Source: Candidatus Tepidifontimicrobium thermophilum (GTDB lineage: Bacteria > Sysuimicrobiota > Sysuimicrobiia > Sysuimicrobiales > Sysuimicrobiaceae). From it: a DNA stretch of 64,000 bases. Positions 59,894 through 64,000 of this stretch are shown here, in pieces. The translations under genes were made by a program, and so were the position numbers. The DNA is taken from positions 32,001 to 96,000 of the forward strand of contig JAVKHO010000009.1 in NCBI GenBank assembly GCA_031459915.1. Direction: 5' to 3'. Under the pieces are notes generated by a model. That model worked only from the letters and a program-made list of their open reading frames with translations, was not told the DNA's origin and ran no database searches. Each line of letters opens with the position of its first letter. Position 1 is the stretch's first letter.

Positions 59894-61297
59894 CTAGAAC
59901 CGGTACTGCACGCCCAGCCCGTACGAGGGAGACTGCAGGACGTCCCGCACGTGCACCCCCACGGCCCAGTGGGGGGTCCACGCGTAGTGCCCCGACACGT
60001 CGAGGGTCAGTCGGTTCAGGTTGTACAGGTCCAGGGAGAGCCGCCACGGCGCCGCCGGCTGGTAGTCCAGCCCCACACCCACCTGGGACTGCAGGATACC
60101 TACTCGCCAGCTCAGGTTGTCGGACAGCCGGAAGCCCACCTGCAGGTTGAGCCAGTTCCCGCCGCCCACGTCGTGCAGCCCGAGCCGGTAGAAGCGCGGC
60201 TCGCCCAGGGCCACCCACAGGTCGAGGTCATGCCGGAAACGGATGCGGGTGTCGTAGCCCAGCTCGTAAGTCAGCTGCAGGTTCGGCAGGAGGGGAATGC
60301 CCTCGGGGCCCCGCAGCACGCCGCCGATGCGTTCCAACGCGGGGGCAGCCCGCTCTGCCACCTCGCCCACCCGGCGGGCCGCGGTGCCGACTTCCCGCGC
60401 CGCGTCCTCCGCCTGCCGGACCGCGCGGCGGGCGTCCTGCACCAGTCCCCGCACCTCCCGCATCTGGTCCTCCCGCACGAGGCCCTCCTGCAGGGTACGG
60501 GCCATCTCGTCCAGACGGCGCGCCAGGCTCTCCACGGACGCCGCGGTGCGCTGGATCCTGGCGCTCAGCTCCCCCTCCGCCGCGGTGTCCTCCACGAAAC
60601 GCCGGACCTCCCGCGCGGTGTCCCGCAGGTGCTCCGCGAGCTCGCGGAGCCGCCGGGCCGTGATCCGCACGTCCTCGCCCGCGTCCGTGACCACGCGGTC
60701 CACCTGCGCTGCGGCTGCCTCCACGTGCCCTGCGGCGCGCACCAGGCTGCCCGCCAGCCGCGGGTCCGTCACCACCTCACGCACCGCCGTCACGGTGGCG
60801 TCCAGGTTGTCCACCAGCCGCTGGGCGGCCTGCACCGTACGCCGCACGTCCGCCACCGCCTGCCGGAGGTCACCGGCCAGCTCGTCCACCCGCCGGAACA
60901 CCACGTCCACGGAGTAAGGCGGCTGCCCCTCCACCACTTCTCCGGGAGTCAGCGCGTCCGGCCCCGGCCCCGGTACCACCGCCAGGAACCGGTTCCCGAG
61001 CAGCGTGCTGCTGGCCACGCGGAACGTGGATCCCCGGGGCACCCGCACTTCAGGCCGGATCCGTACCCGCACCTCCGCGCGGTGGTCGTCCGTGAGGCGC
61101 AATGACTCCACGGTCCCGACCTGCACGCCCGCCAGGTGCACCGCGCTGCCCGGACTCAAGCCCTCCGCGTCCGGGAACACCACCCGCAGCTCGTACCCGC
61201 GGGGCCGGACGAGCCCCTGACCGAGGAAGACCACGAGGATGGCGAACAGCACCGCGGCGATCAGGACGACCAGGCCCACCCGCGCCTCAGGCTTCAC
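59894..61297 (-). CDS. mlaD: Long MlaD/MCE protein with coiled coil and C-terminal beta-barrel-like region
   Basis: EARVG, FPDAEGL..GS.V.LAGV.VG.V, TLLGNRF MCE domain; helical middle; ends GLGVQYRF. Confidence 0.85.
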   Translation of the reverse strand: MKPEARVGLVVLIAAVLFAILVVFLGQGLVRPRGYELRVVFPDAEGLSPGSAVHLAGVQVGTVESLRLTDDHRAEVRVRIRPEVRVPRGSTFRVASSTLLGNRFLAVVPGPGPDALTPGEVVEGQPPYSVDVVFRRVDELAGDLRQAVADVRRTVQAAQRLVDNLDATVTAVREVVTDPRLAGSLVRAAGHVEAAAAQVDRVVTDAGEDVRITARRLRELAEHLRDTAREVRRFVEDTAAEGELSARIQRTAASVESLARRLDEMARTLQEGLVREDQMREVRGLVQDARRAVRQAEDAAREVGTAARRVGEVAERAAPALERIGGVLRGPEGIPLLPNLQLTYELGYDTRIRFRHDLDLWVALGEPRFYRLGLHDVGGGNWLNLQVGFRLSDNLSWRVGILQSQVGVGLDYQPAAPWRLSLDLYNLNRLTLDVSGHYAWTPHWAVGVHVRDVLQSPSYGLGVQYRF

Positions 61298-62063
61298 GGA
61301 TCGCCTCCTCCACAATGCCCCCGAGTGCCGAGCTGCGCAGGAACGCCTGCACGAGGGGGTGAGGGCTCGCGCGGACCTCCTCCCGGGTTCCCGTCACCAC
61401 GAAGCGGCCCGCTTCCATGACCGCCACGCGGTCCGCCACCGCGAAGGCGGTCAGCAGGTCGTGGGTCACCAGCACGGTGGTAGTTCGGGTCCTGGCCCGT
61501 ACCTCCATCATCAGCCGATCCACCGCGCGGGCGGTCACGGGGTCCAGGCCCGCGGTGGGCTCGTCGTACAGCACGATCTTGGGATCCAGCGCCAGCGCCC
61601 GGGCGATCCCCACCCGCTTGCGCATCCCGCCGCTGAGCTCCGCGGGCATCCTGTGCTCCGTGCCCCCCATGCCCACCAGGTTCAGCTTCTCCGCCACGAT
61701 CTCCTGGAGGCGCGATTCCGACAGCCGCCGGTGGCGCCGCAGGGGGAAGGCCACGTTCTCCCCCACCGTGAGGGAGTCGAACAGCGCTGCACCCTGGAAC
61801 ACCACGCCCACCTGAGAGCGCACCTCCCGCAGCCGGTGGGGCGGCAGCCGGTGGAGCGCTTCCCCGTCCAGCCGGACCTCGCCCCGGTCCGGGACCAGCA
61901 ACCCCACCAGGTGGCGCAGCAGGACCGTCTTGCCGCACCCGCTGGGCCCCAGGATGGCCACGGCCTCGCCCGGCTGCACCCGCAGGGAGACGCCCCGCAG
62001 GACGGGCTGGCCGCCGAGCGCCTTGTGCAGGTCCACCACCTCCACGCGGCCCGACAGCTCCAT
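61287..62063 (-). CDS. mlaF: MlaF-type ABC ATP-binding protein
   Basis: GPSGCGKT, FQGAALFDSLTV.ENV, LSGGMRKRVGIARA, YDEPTAGLDP. Confidence 0.9.
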   Translation of the reverse strand: MELSGRVEVVDLHKALGGQPVLRGVSLRVQPGEAVAILGPSGCGKTVLLRHLVGLLVPDRGEVRLDGEALHRLPPHRLREVRSQVGVVFQGAALFDSLTVGENVAFPLRRHRRLSESRLQEIVAEKLNLVGMGGTEHRMPAELSGGMRKRVGIARALALDPKIVLYDEPTAGLDPVTARAVDRLMMEVRARTRTTTVLVTHDLLTAFAVADRVAVMEAGRFVVTGTREEVRASPHPLVQAFLRSSALGGIVEEAIREA

Positions 62064-62836
62064 CAGAACAGCAGCACGTCCAGGAAGTAGTTGGCCGCCA
62101 ACACCCACGCGATGGCCGCCACCACCGCCCCGGTGGTCGCCTGACCCACGCCCGCGGCCCCGCCGGAGGCCCGCAGCCCCTTGTGGCAGGCTACCAGCGC
62201 GATCACGAGCCCGAACACCGCGGACTTCACCAGCCCGCCCACCACGTCGTGCAGGTCCAGGAACTGCCGGACGGACTCGAGGTACACCGAGCCCGGAACC
62301 CCCACCACAACACTCACCGCATAGCCGCCCAGGGAGCCCACCGCATTGGCCAGGACGACCAGCACCGGCAGCATGACTACCAGCGCCACAGCACGGGGAA
62401 CCACCAGGTACTCCAGGGGGTCGGTGCCCATCACCGTGAGGGCGTCCACCTGCTCGGTGACCACCATGGTCCCCAGCTCCGCGGCGAACCCCGCGCCCAC
62501 CCGGCCTGCCACGGTGACCGCGGCGAACACCGGGGCCGCCTCGCGCGCCATGGACACGGCGATCAGCCCGCCCACGAAACCCTCGCCCCCCAGACGCAGG
62601 AGCTGGCTGGCGGTCTGATACGCCAGCACCATGCCCGAGAACAGGCCGGTCAGCAAAACGAGAGGCACCGAGTCCACACCCGCCCGGGCCATCTGCAGGA
62701 CCGTCTGGCCGCCTTCCCACCGCAGGCGCACGAGGCCTGCAGCCACCCGCGCCACGAAGCGCGCGGCCGCCCCCACCTCCTCCAGGCGCCGCAGGGTCGC
62801 CTGTCCTAGCTTCTCCAGGGTCGCGTTGACGGCCAT
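62063..62836 (-). CDS. mlaE: MlaE-type ABC permease
   Basis: RE..PV, AGRVGA..AAELGTM.VTEQVDAL..MG.DP..YLV.PR, GVGQATT.AVV. Confidence 0.9.
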   Translation of the reverse strand: MAVNATLEKLGQATLRRLEEVGAAARFVARVAAGLVRLRWEGGQTVLQMARAGVDSVPLVLLTGLFSGMVLAYQTASQLLRLGGEGFVGGLIAVSMAREAAPVFAAVTVAGRVGAGFAAELGTMVVTEQVDALTVMGTDPLEYLVVPRAVALVVMLPVLVVLANAVGSLGGYAVSVVVGVPGSVYLESVRQFLDLHDVVGGLVKSAVFGLVIALVACHKGLRASGGAAGVGQATTGAVVAAIAWVLAANYFLDVLLF

Positions 62837-62854
62837 CCCCCACCGTGCTATGGT
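62826..62854 (+). promoter_or_regulatory. Sigma-70 promoter of the infC operon
   Basis: TTGACG-N17-TATGGT with TG extension; overlaps the start of divergent mlaE. Confidence 0.65.
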
Positions 62855-62864
62855 GACACCGCCG

Positions 62865-62964
62865 AAGCAGAAGCGCCACGCTTCTCACCCGGCGGCCTCG
62901 GCCAGCCGGGTCCGACCGGTCGACAGGTGCGGGCGTGGAGGCTTTCTGCGCCCGCTTTCATTTT
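62865..62964 (+). promoter_or_regulatory. L20 leader (attenuator) of infC-rpmI-rplT
   Basis: AGCAGAAGCGCCACGCTTCTCACC hairpin like Firmicute L20 leaders; terminator stem 62929-62955 followed by TTTCATTTT. Confidence 0.7.
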
Positions 62965-62997
62965 CCTGGTGCCCGGGGGCACGAGGGAGGGGATAGC

Positions 62998-63510
62998 ATA
63001 GAGCGCGAGCCGAGGGTGAACGAGCGCATCCGCATCCGCGAGGTGCGGTTGATCGGACCGAACGGGGAGCAGCTGGGGATCGTGCCCGTCCAGGAAGCCC
63101 TGAGGCGGGCCCGGGAGATGGGGCTGGATCTGGTGGAGGTGGCACCGACCGCTTCGCCGCCCGTGGCGAAGATCATGGACTACGGGCGGTACAAGTACGA
63201 GCAGAGCAAGCGGGACCGGGAGGCCCACCGCAAGCAGCGGGCCTCCGAGGTGAAGCGGATGCGCATGACCCCCAAGATCGGCGACCACGACTTCCAGACC
63301 AAGGCGAAGCTCATCTACTCCTTCCTGCAGGAGGGGCACAAGGTGAAGGTGGAGATGTGGTTCCGGGGCCGGGAGATGGTTCACCCGGAGCTGGGGCGTC
63401 AGATCCTGGACCGGCTCGCGGAGTACGTGTCGGAGATCGCGCACGTGGAGCGGCCCCCCGCCATGGAGGGCCGGAACATGGTCATGGTCTTGAGCCCTGC
63501 CCGCCGGTAG
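62998..63510 (+). CDS. infC: Translation initiation factor IF-3 (non-canonical ATA start)
   Basis: NERIR..EVRLIG, LDLVEVAP, KIMDYG.YKYEQ, FRGRE; GGGAGG lies 7 nt before ATA. Confidence 0.95.
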   Translation: MEREPRVNERIRIREVRLIGPNGEQLGIVPVQEALRRAREMGLDLVEVAPTASPPVAKIMDYGRYKYEQSKRDREAHRKQRASEVKRMRMTPKIGDHDFQTKAKLIYSFLQEGHKVKVEMWFRGREMVHPELGRQILDRLAEYVSEIAHVERPPAMEGRNMVMVLSPARR

Positions 63511-63531
63511 GGCGTAAGGAGGGAGCCACCG

Positions 63532-63729
63532 ATGCCGAAAGCCAAGACGCACCAGGGGACGCGCAAGCGCATCCGGATCACCGGGACCGGTAAGCTCCTG
63601 CGGGGCCGTCAGGGCGGCGGTCACCTGAAGCAGAAGAAGAGCCCGCGTCGGCGGCGGGACCTGGGCCGGCAGGTGCCGGTCTCCCCGGTGGACACCGACC
63701 GGGTGCGCCGCCTGTTGCCGTACGACTGA
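63532..63729 (+). CDS. rpmI: 50S ribosomal protein L35
   Basis: MPKAKTH...KR...TGTGK...RLLPY. Confidence 0.93.
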   Translation: MPKAKTHQGTRKRIRITGTGKLLRGRQGGGHLKQKKSPRRRRDLGRQVPVSPVDTDRVRRLLPYD

Positions 63730-63746
63730 GGGCTGGAGGTTGCACT

Positions 63747-64000
63747 ATGGCAAGGGTCAAGCGCGGCAAAACCGTCCGCGCCCGTCACAAGAAGGTCCTC
63801 AAGCTCGCGAAGGGCTTCTGGGGGAAGAAGAGCCGGTGGTTCAAGCTGGCCAACCAGTACGTGATCCGCGCCCTGGCGGCCGCGTACCGCCACCGCCGCC
63901 AGCGCAAGCGGGACTTCCGGCGCCTGTGGATCGCCCGCATCAACGCCGCGGCCCGCCAGCACGGGCTTTCGTACAGCCGGCTGATCCACGCCCTGCGGGC
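63747..64000 (+). CDS. rplT: 50S ribosomal protein L20 (3' truncated by window)
   Basis: MARVKRG...[11 protein letters not shown]...[21 protein letters not shown]. Confidence 0.95.
   Translation, partial: MARVKRGKTVRARHKKVLKLAKGFWGKKSRWFKLANQYVIRALAAAYRHRRQRKRDFRRLWIARINAAARQHGLSYSRLIHALR

Overview
This is a very GC-rich bacterial chromosome segment. The Firmicute-like gene order, L20/S2 leaders and an MlaEFD system suggest a diderm Terrabacteria lineage (inference). It is mostly housekeeping: glyS-dgt-hppA-dnaG-rpoD-ahcY, comF, comM-dprA, topA-xerC-hslVU-rpsB-tsf-pyrH-frr-uppS-cdsA-dxr-rseP, an archaeal-type SAM synthetase, mtnP, ltaE, mlaEFD and infC-rpmI-rplT. Accessory blocks are a decaying HEPN-MNT pair, a ~12 kb gamma-glutamylation amine catabolic operon (probably ethanolamine) with both TRAP and ABC importers lying between dprA and topA, and a 7-gene MoxR/vWA cluster. 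Four signals stand out. (1) An 18/19-identical intergenic motif sits upstream of both competence loci (comF and comM-dprA), a candidate alternative-sigma competence regulon. (2) A 29-aa histone-H1-like AKK-repeat microprotein, absent from the ORF track, has its own strong RBS and terminator. (3) MlaD is of the long trans-envelope type. (4) The archaeal-type SAM synthetase has a structured leader. I saw no rRNA, tRNA, CRISPR array or transposase. All calls come from motif recognition by eye; no database searches were run.
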